64,000 bases of DNA, taken from NCBI GenBank assembly GCA_041740615.1, contig JBGSLR010000026.1, forward strand, positions 5,165 to 69,164, given 5' to 3'. Below the pieces are notes generated by a model. It saw only the letters and a program-made list of their open reading frames with translations. It was not told where the DNA came from and did not search any database. Positions 39,096 to 48,602 of the stretch are shown here, in pieces. The DNA comes from Desulfobacterales bacterium (GTDB lineage: Bacteria; Desulfobacterota; Desulfobacteria; Desulfobacterales; SURF-7). Both the position numbers and the translations under genes were made by a program. The first letter of the stretch is position 1, and each line of letters begins with the position of its first letter.

Positions 39096-40955
39096 CTAAA
39101 AGCCCGGCAAACCGCTGAACCCGATGAAAGACCAATACAGCCCGGCCATCAGCAACAGCATGATGTTGGCGATAAACCAGAGTGGGATTCCGATTCGGAG
39201 AAAATCCTTGGGCTCCAGATACCCGCTGGCGTATACAATGGCGTTGGGCGGCGTGCCGATGATCAGGCAATACGCAAAGGATGAGGCGATGGCCGTGGAA
39301 ATGGCCATGAACGGGAGGAAGGCGGTTCCCGGATGAGCCAGACCGGCCATGTTGAGGGTAACGGGACCCACGGCGGCGGCGGCCGGACCATCCGCCATCA
39401 AATTCGTAACAACGGCGGTCAGGCAGTTGGAAACAGCCAGCAGTGGAAGTCCGGCATTGATTCCCAACGGGCTGAGTAAATCCATGGCGCTTCTGGCGAT
39501 CCAGTAGGCGGCCCCGGTGGTGTCCAGGACACGCCCGAAGATGATGGCGCCGGCATAAAGCCAGACAACCCCCCAGTCGACTTTTTCCTGATAGTCCCGC
39601 CAGTTGACCACGCCGGCCAGGATATAGGCCACAGCGCCGGCGATGGCGATCACGCCGATGCCCAGTCGAACGGGGAACAGGCCGCTGTCGTAAATCGATT
39701 TTTCCGTAAACCATCCGGTGATCATGACCAGGAAGATGCCCAGGGCCCAGATCTGTTTCTTGTTCCAACCACCCATTTTGCTGATTTCCGTCTCCAGATG
39801 GGCCATGGCCGGCGCCAAGGATCGGATGCTGGGTTTGAAGCGCCAGTTGAGCAACAGCCAGGTCACCGGAATCATGACGACCAGGAACGGCATGCCGTAG
39901 ACCATCCATTGATAATAGCCGATATCCATACCGAACATATCGTTCAGATAGGTCATCATGATGACGTTTCGGGCGCCGCCGGAAGGAGCGCCGGGACCGC
40001 CGATATTACAGGCCATGGCGATGCCGATCATCAATATTTTCCCCAGTTCGGGATCCTCGGGGATTTCACGGGTCAGGCTGTTTTGATACAGCAGCATGCC
40101 GATGGGCAGAAACATGGCCGCCAATGCATGGTCGGAAATGAAGGCGGCCAGAGGAGTGATGACGATGAAAAAGATCAGGGTGATCCATTTGACGTTGGGA
40201 ACGGCGAGTTTTTTGAACATCATCAGGCACACGCGCTTGTCCACTCCGGTTTTCACCAGAGCCGCCGCGAACATGAGGCTGCCCATGATGAACCAGCAGG
40301 CGTCACTCCAATAGAGCCCGGCCACTTCTTCCCGTCCGACTACCCCGGTAAACACCAGAATCAGGCCCACGCAGAAGGCCACACCGGGAAGCGGGATGCA
40401 TTCGGTGAGAAAACAACCCACCACGAATACGGTCATGGCGATGGCCACCTGAATGTGCCAGGCTCCTTTTTCCGCGGCTTTTTTTTCGGCTTCGGGTAAT
40501 TGCTCGAACTTCAAATCGTCCTTGCGCAGTTTCAGAACGGTTTTCATCAGGTCGGTATAGGCCTCATCCGAGACTTGGGTTTCCATATGCTGGTAGGCCT
40601 GCTCAAAATTCTTTTTGACCGCCGGAATGCCTTCCTTGCCGCACCATTTCATATCGCGGGACAGGTAGCGCTTTTTGGACAGCGCTCCCATTTGCAGGTT
40701 GCGTTCCATGATCTTGGCCGTCAGGAGTTGCCACTGTTCGGCGGCGGCGCTTTCCTTCTGAAACAAGGTGGTCGTTATGGCGTTGATGACCGCCTGGGGG
40801 CCGACCTTGTATTCGGTGCCCACATCTTTCATGCTGTCGGGGGTGGGGATCATAAGGATTAGAAAAAAGAGCGCGACCGGAATACTGAAAATTTTCCAGT
40901 CCACATATTTATCGTAGCCCGTGGCTTTCTTGGTTTTTGCTATCGGATGGGTCAT
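39096..40955 (-). CDS. DASS/CitMHS-type (SLC13-like) anion transporter with an N-terminal soluble region of about 170 aa
   Basis: Trimmed to the ATG at 40955 (MTHPIAK), which has AGGAGG 7 nt upstream. There are two permease repeats, with hairpin motifs similar to those of the transporters at 46.8 and 50.5 kb. Confidence 0.75.
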   Translation of the reverse strand: MTHPIAKTKKATGYDKYVDWKIFSIPVALFFLILMIPTPDSMKDVGTEYKVGPQAVINAITTTLFQKESAAAEQWQLLTAKIMERNLQMGALSKKRYLSRDMKWCGKEGIPAVKKNFEQAYQHMETQVSDEAYTDLMKTVLKLRKDDLKFEQLPEAEKKAAEKGAWHIQVAIAMTVFVVGCFLTECIPLPGVAFCVGLILVFTGVVGREEVAGLYWSDACWFIMGSLMFAAALVKTGVDKRVCLMMFKKLAVPNVKWITLIFFIVITPLAAFISDHALAAMFLPIGMLLYQNSLTREIPEDPELGKILMIGIAMACNIGGPGAPSGGARNVIMMTYLNDMFGMDIGYYQWMVYGMPFLVVMIPVTWLLLNWRFKPSIRSLAPAMAHLETEISKMGGWNKKQIWALGIFLVMITGWFTEKSIYDSGLFPVRLGIGVIAIAGAVAYILAGVVNWRDYQEKVDWGVVWLYAGAIIFGRVLDTTGAAYWIARSAMDLLSPLGINAGLPLLAVSNCLTAVVTNLMADGPAAAAVGPVTLNMAGLAHPGTAFLPFMAISTAIASSFAYCLIIGTPPNAIVYASGYLEPKDFLRIGIPLWFIANIMLLLMAGLYWSFIGFSGLPGF

Positions 40956-41117
40956 ATTCTCCTCCTGACGGCTGGTATTCATTGATTCAGGTCAACCGGC
41001 ATTCAAGGCGAGCCGAAAATCGGCAAAACAAAAGTGTCGACGCAGACGGCGCGATCCGCGTTTGAATGCGAATGGGAACGTATCACAACAAAACGGTCAC
41101 TCGTCGATCCGGTGAGA

Positions 41118-41576
41118 TTATTCTTCTCCGGTCGAATCCCGCAGAATCTCCCGGGGGGTCTTCATGAACTTTTTGGACTGCGCCAAGCGGATTTTTTCCT
41201 CCAGACGCATCCGTTTTTCATAGGCTTCTTCCGCCTTCCGTATCAGTTCTTGGATGTCTGCCGGTTTGGTCAGGTAGTCGGTTGCACCGGATTTCAATCC
41301 ATCGATGGCGGATTCCACGGTGGCGTGGCCGGTCAGCATGATGACTTCCACGAGGGGAAACTGGCTTTTGATTTCCTTCAACACCGTATTCCCGCTTTTC
41401 CCAGGCATCTTGACATCGAGGATGACCACATGAACCAGTTGGCTGTTCAGCTGATTCATGGCTTCATCACCGTTGGTGGCCGTAATGACGTGATAGCCTT
41501 TCTTTTCCAGTAATTTTTGCGTTGTCGCGAGGAATCGCTCTTCATCATCGACAAGCATCAGTTTCATCTTGCTCAT
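41118..41576 (-). CDS. single-domain CheY-like response regulator with a C-terminal charged helix
   Basis: LMLVDDEERF..., D54-like LDVKMPG, LTGHA..., and a tail EEAYEKRMRLEEKIRLAQ. It is a paralog of the receiver at 52653..53084. Confidence 0.85.
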   Translation of the reverse strand: MSKMKLMLVDDEERFLATTQKLLEKKGYHVITATNGDEAMNQLNSQLVHVVILDVKMPGKSGNTVLKEIKSQFPLVEVIMLTGHATVESAIDGLKSGATDYLTKPADIQELIRKAEEAYEKRMRLEEKIRLAQSKKFMKTPREILRDSTGEE

Positions 41577-41665
41577 TCCTTCGTTCTCCGTGGTTGAGTG
41601 TTTATAAAGTCTTTGGAATGTTTCGGCGCCGATTCCAAGTTATCTTCTTCTGCCCGTAGTAGGGA

Positions 41666-41680
41666 GCAACCTTCATGCCA
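41666..41680 (-). promoter_or_regulatory. sigma-54 promoter in the histidine kinase / response regulator intergenic region
   Basis: The minus strand reads TGGCAT-GAAGG-TTGCT, about 78 nt before the response regulator ATG at 41576. Confidence 0.5.
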
Positions 41681-41816
41681 AGCCGGGACGTGTCATCATC
41701 ATTGGATAGTATGATAAATTTATAGGTATTTCCGGCGGGGTCCGATGTGATCGGCACCGCCGAGACAGGTTGCCTGTCGAGATTTTTTACAGGATGAAAA
41801 AAAACTAACGATCATG

Positions 41817-43532
41817 TCATTTCTCTTTTTGAGGCGGGAGCGTAATTGTAAATGTCGTTCCGGCGTCTTCCTTGCTGGCGGCCGACAAACTACCCCCCAT
41901 GCCCTGGATGATACCATAGCAAACGGATAAACCCAGGCCCGTCCCTTTGCCCACCGGTTTGGTGGTAAAGAAGGGCGCGAATATTTTTTCAATGTTTTCC
42001 GGACGGATACCGATACCCGAATCCGTGACCGATATTTCGACTTTATGTTCTTTGTTTTGTCCTGCATGGATCGCCAGGGAGCCGCCTTCCGGGTGATTTT
42101 TTTCAATTATGGCATCCATGGCGTTGTTATACAGATTCAGGAGTACTTGCTGTAATTGGCCCGGGTCGGCATACACCCGTGGGGTGTTTTCATGGATATC
42201 CTGGGTGATGCGGATTCCGCTGACAGAGGCTTTTTTTTCGATCATGGCGGTTATTTCCGGAATGAATTCCTGTAACACAATGGTTTGCGGGGCGGGCTCA
42301 CCCTGGCGTCCGAATTTGAGGATCGCCTGGGTGATTTTGGCGCAACGGTTGATTTGCAGCTGGATCTGGTTCAATGAGTCCAGCAGGGTCGAGAGATCCT
42401 CTGAGTCCTTGAGACCTCCGACCTGCCTCATTTCAGCCAGAACCATGTCGATCAGCGCCTTTTCGCTTTTCATGATCTGGAGGGGATTATTGATTTCATG
42501 GGCGAATCCGGCCGCCATTTCACCCAGCTCCGCCAACCGGCTGGCGCCGATCAATTGTTGTTCCAGGAGACCCTTGACGTCCTCCATTTTTTCCATACGC
42601 CGAATGATCCGGCCGGTGACATAAAATCCAAGGGGGATGATGAGCATGCCGCTGACGGCTGAAATCAACAGGCTCAGAAACGATGCCACCCGCAGGGATT
42701 TAAATGCATCCGATTTTTCCTTGCGGACCACTAGAAGCCAATCGTTGGATTTCAACCAGGTGGTTGCGTACAGATATTCATCTCCTTGGCGGTCCTTTTG
42801 AATGAAGGTTTCGATTCCGGAATGAAAGCCCGGGTTTTTTTCATGTTCCGGATCGAGGGTCATGAGGTTTCCCCCGGATCTGCGTTCGGTTTGAAAATAT
42901 CCTTCTTTATTCAGAATATAGGCTTCTCCGGTCTTGCCGATACGAACCCGTTCCACGAAATCCGTGAAAATATGACTATCGATGGTCGACCGCAACACCC
43001 ATTTTTGTTTTCCGTCATTTTTCAGGACGGCGATGATGAAATGGGGTTCCTTTCGATATCCAAGGAAAACATCGCTGATATACCAACCCTCTTTCATCAC
43101 TTCTTTGAACCACGTGGCGTCGCTGTAAACTTTCCCACCGAGCTGGTGCGGTCCCCAGTAGGCGACGTGGACCCCGTTTTCATCGAAAAGGCCGATGTCG
43201 GCAAAGGCCGGGGATTTGCGCTGCAAATCAACGATAACCTGATAGAGTTGATCCGGCTGTCGCAGTTTTTCCACCGGATAGGCGTTCAGCACCCAGGCAA
43301 GATCGGTTTTACGCTCGTCCAGGAAAAACTCGATCATCTGGCGATGGTCTTCCACGATTCGCTTCATGCTTTCAATGGTCTTATTTTCGATGGAGGAGTA
43401 GAAAAAATATCCGCCGCTGACCATAACAAGCAAAAACGGGAAAAAGGGAATCACAATCATGCTGACCAGCAACATGCGTCGTAACGGACGGTAGGGATCG
43501 CTCGCACGATTGATTTCGGTTTGATCGGCCAT
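41817..43532 (-). CDS. sensor histidine kinase with a periplasmic Cache/PDC-type domain (HisKA + HATPase_c)
   Basis: TM1, an extracytoplasmic domain of about 250 aa (…[12 protein letters not shown]…), then TM2. It has an H-box (AHEINNPLQ) and N/G1/G2 boxes. Confidence 0.85.
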   Translation of the reverse strand: MADQTEINRASDPYRPLRRMLLVSMIVIPFFPFLLVMVSGGYFFYSSIENKTIESMKRIVEDHRQMIEFFLDERKTDLAWVLNAYPVEKLRQPDQLYQVIVDLQRKSPAFADIGLFDENGVHVAYWGPHQLGGKVYSDATWFKEVMKEGWYISDVFLGYRKEPHFIIAVLKNDGKQKWVLRSTIDSHIFTDFVERVRIGKTGEAYILNKEGYFQTERRSGGNLMTLDPEHEKNPGFHSGIETFIQKDRQGDEYLYATTWLKSNDWLLVVRKEKSDAFKSLRVASFLSLLISAVSGMLIIPLGFYVTGRIIRRMEKMEDVKGLLEQQLIGASRLAELGEMAAGFAHEINNPLQIMKSEKALIDMVLAEMRQVGGLKDSEDLSTLLDSLNQIQLQINRCAKITQAILKFGRQGEPAPQTIVLQEFIPEITAMIEKKASVSGIRITQDIHENTPRVYADPGQLQQVLLNLYNNAMDAIIEKNHPEGGSLAIHAGQNKEHKVEISVTDSGIGIRPENIEKIFAPFFTTKPVGKGTGLGLSVCYGIIQGMGGSLSAASKEDAGTTFTITLPPQKEK

Positions 43533-43562
43533 AATGCTGCTCCTTCCGGTTGTGTTGTGATT

Positions 43563-45056
43563 TCAGTCGGATGGTTCCGAGCTGTTATCCTTATGCCCGG
43601 TGGTGCCTTTCCATCGGGATGTTCGATTTTCGTGAATCTCATATATCGTTCCGCCGACACCGTCCGGCACTTCTTCTATCTTCCAGTATGTATCGCGGAC
43701 AGCCTTCAACGGCTCCACGATTTTGGAGAAGGCGATTTTCATCTCGTCGAGACAAGCGACCATTTCCTGCTTGTCGATCACGCCGGAATCCAGAAATTCC
43801 CGTAGCTGAGAAATATTGAGGGACATGACCATCAACGGTGTGTTGATTTGATCGCTCAACCCGCCGGCCATCTTTTTGACGGATTCCAGTTTCTGCATCT
43901 CCAATGTCTGGGTGACATTATGGACGATGCCGTGATAGGAAAAAATGCGCCCCGTCATATCCCTTTCGGCGACGACGGTAATCACCACATCGATTCGTTT
44001 CCCATCGCCAATCCGCCATTTGGCCACCTGCTGGGTGCATCCCCTAGCCGTCTCGCAGTTTTTCAGGAGCAGATCTCTTTGTTTCGGATTGACATAAAAA
44101 TCCAGGATCTTCTTTTTTCGGAAGCCTTCCTCCAAGCCGAGCAATTTGACGCCGGCGGGATTGAGATCCAAAAAGTTACCTTCGTAATCAACCCGGTAGA
44201 TCATGTCCGTACTGTTGTGGATGATACTTGCCAGTTTCGTCCTTTCCGCTCCCAGTTCAAATTCACGCTTTTTCTGTTCGGTGGTGTCCACGATGGTATG
44301 ATCGATCCGGCGGGGCATGCCGTGACCTCGTTCCACGAACAGGACATTCCCGGTATCCCGAACCCATTTGGGCGTTTTGTCCTTGCCGATCACGATGTAT
44401 TCCATGCTTTCGTTTTCAAGAACATCCGGAAATGCCATGTAAAATGCGGTCACTCGTTCCAGATATTCCGGATGGACGAAGTCGAACCAATGCCTTCTGC
44501 CGCTTTTGATATCCTTCACCGAACAGCCGATCATGGCCTCCACATGGCGATTGACCGACAAGATGTCTCTGCAATCATAGGGAGCAAATGAGAGAAGAAC
44601 GCTTTCCGTATCGTCCAGAAGGCTTTTCATGCGACGGTTTTCACGTTGAAGCGTTTGAAAACGTTCCAGATGCACGGTGATATCCGTTATGCAGCAGCAG
44701 AGACCCCGGGATTTCGAACAGACCCCTTGGAGGTGGATGGGCATGGTCTTCATCACCACATCCCGGCCGGCGTTTTTACTCCTGTGAATGCGAAAAACCA
44801 CCTCGTCTCCCGTTGTCTCCTGGATCTTTTGGAGATAGGATGCGATCCGGGGGCGGTCCAGGTCGGCAATGAGATCCAGAAACAAATGACCGATCATTTC
44901 TCCCCGGTTTTTTCCGGCGATATCACACAGTGCTCCATTGGCGTAAATGACCATGCCCTCCGAGAGTATGGCGATCCCTTGGCTGATGCTCGACAAAACC
45001 TGTCGATACGGTACGGGATTGGTTTCGGCGACACACGTTTCAGAGGGTTTATTCAT
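43563..45056 (-). CDS. PAS-PAS protein ending in a degenerate DHp-like helix pair (no phospho-acceptor His, no ATPase domain)
   Basis: At least two PAS folds. The C-terminal GLSDQINTPLMVMSLNISQL aligns to the H-box [10 protein letters not shown] with His replaced by Asp, and the protein then ends. The start was moved to the ATG at 45056, because a sigma-54 promoter lies inside the longer ORF. Confidence 0.6.
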   Translation of the reverse strand: MNKPSETCVAETNPVPYRQVLSSISQGIAILSEGMVIYANGALCDIAGKNRGEMIGHLFLDLIADLDRPRIASYLQKIQETTGDEVVFRIHRSKNAGRDVVMKTMPIHLQGVCSKSRGLCCCITDITVHLERFQTLQRENRRMKSLLDDTESVLLSFAPYDCRDILSVNRHVEAMIGCSVKDIKSGRRHWFDFVHPEYLERVTAFYMAFPDVLENESMEYIVIGKDKTPKWVRDTGNVLFVERGHGMPRRIDHTIVDTTEQKKREFELGAERTKLASIIHNSTDMIYRVDYEGNFLDLNPAGVKLLGLEEGFRKKKILDFYVNPKQRDLLLKNCETARGCTQQVAKWRIGDGKRIDVVITVVAERDMTGRIFSYHGIVHNVTQTLEMQKLESVKKMAGGLSDQINTPLMVMSLNISQLREFLDSGVIDKQEMVACLDEMKIAFSKIVEPLKAVRDTYWKIEEVPDGVGGTIYEIHENRTSRWKGTTGHKDNSSEPSD

Positions 45057-45165
45057 CGCTTTTCGCTTGCGCTTCCTTTCATGGATTGTATCCGCTGCCA
45101 CCGGAATCGATGCGTCCCTCAACCGTTGTGGAAGCTCGGATTCTCGGTATTGAACTATTCGAAAA

Positions 45166-45180
45166 GCAACCCCTGTGCCA
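45166..45180 (-). promoter_or_regulatory. sigma-54 promoter (perfect TGGCAC-N5-TTGC) for the PAS / Cache-kinase / response-regulator operon
   Basis: The minus strand reads TGGCAC-AGGGG-TTGCT. Confidence 0.55.
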
Positions 45181-45244
45181 ATATGATTCACCGGCCCAAA
45201 TCAGTTGCGTTAGAGGTGTTGATTTATAAGATCCTGTAGATCAA

Positions 45245-45260
45245 AAGGCATGATATTTGC
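45245..45260 (+). promoter_or_regulatory. sigma-54 promoter for the divergent tandem-Usp gene
   Basis: AGGCAT-GATAT-TTGCT, about 80 nt upstream of the ATG at 45352. Confidence 0.4.
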
Positions 45261-45351
45261 TGTGCATAGGGGGAGAAAGGGTCGAAGTCGAGACGCATTG
45301 ATCCGCCATGTTTTTATTTCGATGCAGTGAAAACCGAATGAGGGGGAATTT

Positions 45352-46284
45352 ATGAAAAAACAGGGAAGCATATTGGTGGCCATCGACGGTTCCATGCAAT
45401 CCATTCATGCGGCAAAGTACATCAGCAGAATCTGCTCGTTGAAAAAACCTCGCATCGTGTTGATGCATGTTGGAAGGCCTGTGCCGGAGGCCTTCCTCGA
45501 CTTGCGCTCCACACCGGGGTTCGGCCGTCAGGTCATCAAGGCCAGCGCTTGGAACATCCAGCAGAAAAAAAATATTCAGGATTGCATGGCCAAAATTCAG
45601 GAGATTTTTTACAGGGACGGATACCCGAAAGGAAATATTGAGGTAAAGATTCAAAAACAACGCCTGGGGATTGCGAGGGATATTATACAGGAAGCCCAAA
45701 ACGACTATAACGCGGTTGTCGTGGGGCGCAGCGGCATCAGCAAGTTGAAGGATGTGTTGCTCGGGAGCATCGCCTATAAACTCGCGGATCAGATCCAACA
45801 AATTCCCATCGTGGTTGTCGGGGGCAATCCGTCGCCTGAAAAGGTACTGATCGCCTTTGACGGCTCAAAAGACGCATACCGCGGGGTGGACTGCGTGCGA
45901 AAGTTGATGGTTCAAGAGGAGCGGGAAGTGCTTCTGTGTCACGTCATCCGATCTCTGAATATCTATCTGGACGCCAATACGTTTTTCAATGAGGAGCAAG
46001 AAGACATGTGGCTGGCGAGCCGGCGTGAAGAAGTGGAAAAGGAATTCGTCAAAGCCGAGGCGCGTCTTCAAAAAGGCGGTTTCACGCCTGAACGGCTTTC
46101 TCATATCACCCTGGAGAACGAAGCATCGCGCGCCATCGCCATTCAGGACATCGCTCGTGAAAAAGGATACGGTTCCATTGTGTTGGGCCGCCGCGGGCTG
46201 ACGAGTGTGGAGGAGTTTTTGATGGGTCGCGTGAGCCGGAAAGTGCTGCACCTGGCGAAGAAACAGGCCGTATGGATCGTATGA
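45352..46284 (+). CDS. tandem universal stress protein (UspA x2)
   Basis: 310 aa with two Usp halves (VVGRSGISKLKDVLLGSIAYKL and IVLGRRGLTSVEEFLMGRVSRKV). Confidence 0.8.
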   Translation: MKKQGSILVAIDGSMQSIHAAKYISRICSLKKPRIVLMHVGRPVPEAFLDLRSTPGFGRQVIKASAWNIQQKKNIQDCMAKIQEIFYRDGYPKGNIEVKIQKQRLGIARDIIQEAQNDYNAVVVGRSGISKLKDVLLGSIAYKLADQIQQIPIVVVGGNPSPEKVLIAFDGSKDAYRGVDCVRKLMVQEEREVLLCHVIRSLNIYLDANTFFNEEQEDMWLASRREEVEKEFVKAEARLQKGGFTPERLSHITLENEASRAIAIQDIAREKGYGSIVLGRRGLTSVEEFLMGRVSRKVLHLAKKQAVWIV

Positions 46285-46305
46285 TCCGGCTTCTGTGAGG
46301 AGAAA

Positions 46306-46332
46306 GGCGGCCCATCGGTTATGATGGGCCGC
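46306..46332. terminator. hairpin between the convergent usp and response-regulator genes (candidate bidirectional terminator)
   Basis: GGCGGCCCATC, loop GGTTAT, then GATGGGCCGC. There is no strong U-tract. Confidence 0.35.
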
Positions 46333-46341
46333 TTCCATCCA

Positions 46342-46782
46342 TTAGATATTGCCGCCTCTTCTCAGCAACAGTTTGGCTTCCGCCTGGCGGATGCGCTCGT
46401 CCTGCTCATCCTTGCGTTTTCTGGCGGCCTCCAGTTTCGTGGACAGGTCCGAAAAGTCGGCCGGCTTCAGCAGATAATCAAAGGCGCCCAATTTCATGCC
46501 CTGAACCGCCGTCTCGGTGCTGCCGTGACCGGTGAGCAGGATGACTTCCACCAGTGGGAACCGCTTCTTGATTTCCTTCAGGGTGTCGATGCCGTCCATG
46601 CCCGGCATCTTGATATCCAGGATGACAACATCCACCGGCTGTTTCGACAGCAAATCCAGGCACCCCTTTCCACTGTCGGCGATTGAAACCTGTTCGCCGC
46701 TTTCCGTGAGTCGCAGGGAAAGCAATTCGGCAAAATCCTGTTCATCGTCGACGAGCAATACGCGTGTCGGTATTCTGATCAT
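46342..46782 (-). CDS. single-domain CheY-like response regulator (copy A)
   Basis: Only the 3' 441 nt of the ORF 46342..47256 is used: MIRIPTRVLLVDDE... About 85 % identical to the receiver at 48925..49365. Confidence 0.85.
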   Translation of the reverse strand: MIRIPTRVLLVDDEQDFAELLSLRLTESGEQVSIADSGKGCLDLLSKQPVDVVILDIKMPGMDGIDTLKEIKKRFPLVEVILLTGHGSTETAVQGMKLGAFDYLLKPADFSDLSTKLEAARKRKDEQDERIRQAEAKLLLRRGGNI

Positions 46783-46805
46783 TTTATCTTCTCCTTCCCT
46801 CATAT

Positions 46806-48383
46806 TTAAACCAGTCCCAGAATTTTCCACCACACGCCGGCCACGACGACCAGAATGGTGAGCAATATCGGTGTGGCCACCAGTCCCGCCTTGGTAAGAT
46901 CCGAGGCCTTGAAATACCGATAGCTGTAAGCAATGGCGTTGGGAGGACAGCCGATCACCAAAATCATGGCGAAGGACGTGGCCATGCCGAGGCACAGGGC
47001 CAGAATGGTGGGATTGACCCCTTCCAGTTGGGCCATGGGGATGACGATGGGCAGAATCAGAGCCGCCGCTGCCACATTGGCCATGACATTGGTTACCAGG
47101 GCCCCGAAAACGCCCACGCCTACGAACAGGACCAGCCATCCGCCACCCTTGATCAGCGGGAAAAAGAGGTTGGCGAAGTAATCCGCGGCGCCGGTGGAGC
47201 CCATGGCCAGGCCCATGGCCAGGCCGCCGCCGAAGATGAACAGGGCGGTGCCCCATTCCAGGTTCTCATTGATATCCTCCCATTTCAAAACGCCGAACAG
47301 CACTAACGCAGCAACCCCCAGCATACCGGTAACGGAGTAATCCAGTCCGTGAATTCCCTTGGTCAACCAGAACAGGAACGAGATGCCCGTGATGACCAGG
47401 GTTTTGATTTCCAGGTTTGTCCAGGGACCGATGCTTTCCTCGAACAGGGGCAGCTTTTTGGAAGTATCCGGTCGATAGAGCATATAGACGACGCTGATCG
47501 CCGCCGGCATGGTCAATAGGGCGGCCGGCAGGGCGTATTTGGTCCAGTTGAAAAAATCCAGCTCCATGCCGGTGTATTCCTTGAGGAAAGCGGCCGACAC
47601 CATGCAACGTCCGCCGCCGATCAGGGTTCCCATGCCGCCGCAGGAGCAGGCAAAGGCAAGGGACAACAACATGAAGCGGGCTGTGTTGGTATGGGGTTCG
47701 ATACCGGAGGCGCGCATGAGGGGCAGCATGATGGCGATGCCGATGGCGCAGGCGGCGGCATCGTGCATGACCGTGGAAGCGAGGCCGAGCCCCAGACAAA
47801 GAATAAAGGTGAAACGAGTAACGCTGGAGCCGGCCTTCTTTACGATAAAGTAGCCCAGTCGTTTGGTCATGCCGGCCTTGTCCAGGGAGATGGCGAAGAT
47901 CAGGCAGCACATGATGAAGACCACTACCGGGTGCATATACGCCGCCCAGACATCCTTGACGTCTCCAATGCCGAAGCCCACCAGTGAAACGCCGATGCAG
48001 ATGGCTGTAATTTCGAGGGGAATGGGCTCCACCACAAACAGGAAGATCAACACTGCCAGGATGGCGAGGAACCGTTTTGCCTTGGGAGGAAGACCGTCGA
48101 CATATCCGATGGTTGTCTTTTCCAGGCGGAGTGTTTTGGCCCGATCCGTCAGAAATTGGGCAGCGTCTTCGGGCTGGCCCGGGGTTTTGATTTCAAGGAA
48201 ATATTGATTTTCGGTTTTTTTGTCGGTCTCGAAAAGTTGAAACTGTGCTTTTACATCCTCTAACAGCCGTCGATCGTTATCGCCGTTGATTTTAAACCGG
48301 GTTCCCTCCGGACGCGGCAACAACATGACAACAAGTCCAAGCAAAATGCCCACCCCAAGCTTGAATCCGTTTGATTTCCACAT
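46806..48383 (-). CDS. DASS/CitMHS-type anion transporter (copy A)
   Basis: 525 aa. About 90 % nucleotide identity to 50549..52126 over long stretches. GGAGGA lies 9 nt upstream. Confidence 0.8.
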   Translation of the reverse strand: MWKSNGFKLGVGILLGLVVMLLPRPEGTRFKINGDNDRRLLEDVKAQFQLFETDKKTENQYFLEIKTPGQPEDAAQFLTDRAKTLRLEKTTIGYVDGLPPKAKRFLAILAVLIFLFVVEPIPLEITAICIGVSLVGFGIGDVKDVWAAYMHPVVVFIMCCLIFAISLDKAGMTKRLGYFIVKKAGSSVTRFTFILCLGLGLASTVMHDAAACAIGIAIMLPLMRASGIEPHTNTARFMLLSLAFACSCGGMGTLIGGGRCMVSAAFLKEYTGMELDFFNWTKYALPAALLTMPAAISVVYMLYRPDTSKKLPLFEESIGPWTNLEIKTLVITGISFLFWLTKGIHGLDYSVTGMLGVAALVLFGVLKWEDINENLEWGTALFIFGGGLAMGLAMGSTGAADYFANLFFPLIKGGGWLVLFVGVGVFGALVTNVMANVAAAALILPIVIPMAQLEGVNPTILALCLGMATSFAMILVIGCPPNAIAYSYRYFKASDLTKAGLVATPILLTILVVVAGVWWKILGLV

Positions 48384-48425
48384 ATGATGGTTTCCTCCAC
48401 TCTAGATTGTTTGGTTCGATATTCA

Positions 48426-48557
48426 TAGAAGTGGTTTCAAAGCCTTCAATCGGCCATGGCCGGGAAAGGTGCTCACGCGCGGACAATCCGCTGGTGTGTT
48501 GAGCGCCCGTCCCGGTAAACCGATGGGAATCGAGGGGAGGTTTTGAAACCACTTCTA
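48426..48557 (-). promoter_or_regulatory. structured 5' leader: a 16-bp perfect inverted repeat enclosing a GC-rich 100-nt core (candidate riboswitch, attenuator or ncRNA)
   Basis: TAGAAGTGGTTTCAAA (48426-41) is the reverse complement of TTTGAAACCACTTCTA (48542-57). The core contains the self-complementary GGCCATGGCC. It lies between a sigma-54 promoter and the transporter start codon. Confidence 0.5.
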
Positions 48558-48587
48558 AACAAACTGATTGCGTACGGCTCCAATCGA

Positions 48588-48602
48588 GCAACCTCCATGC
48601 CA
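48588..48602 (-). promoter_or_regulatory. sigma-54 promoter for transporter copy A and the response regulator
   Basis: The minus strand reads TGGCAT-GGAGG-TTGCT. Confidence 0.5.

Noticed and set aside
45057-45191. N-terminal 45-aa extension of the PAS protein ORF (MNHIGTGVAFRIVQYRESELPQRLRD...)
   Set aside because: It contains a perfect sigma-54 -24/-12 element (45166-45180) on the coding strand. The extension has no RBS and no homology signal. The start was reassigned to 45056.
46342-47256. 304-aa ORF with a Pro/Gly/Arg-rich N-terminus fused to a receiver domain
   Set aside because: The 5' two-thirds overlap the transporter gene 46806..48383, on the same strand in another frame, and are compositionally an out-of-frame GC-rich artefact. 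Only 46342..46782 (MIRIPTRVLL...) is real, and it matches its paralog at 48925..49365 exactly in length.
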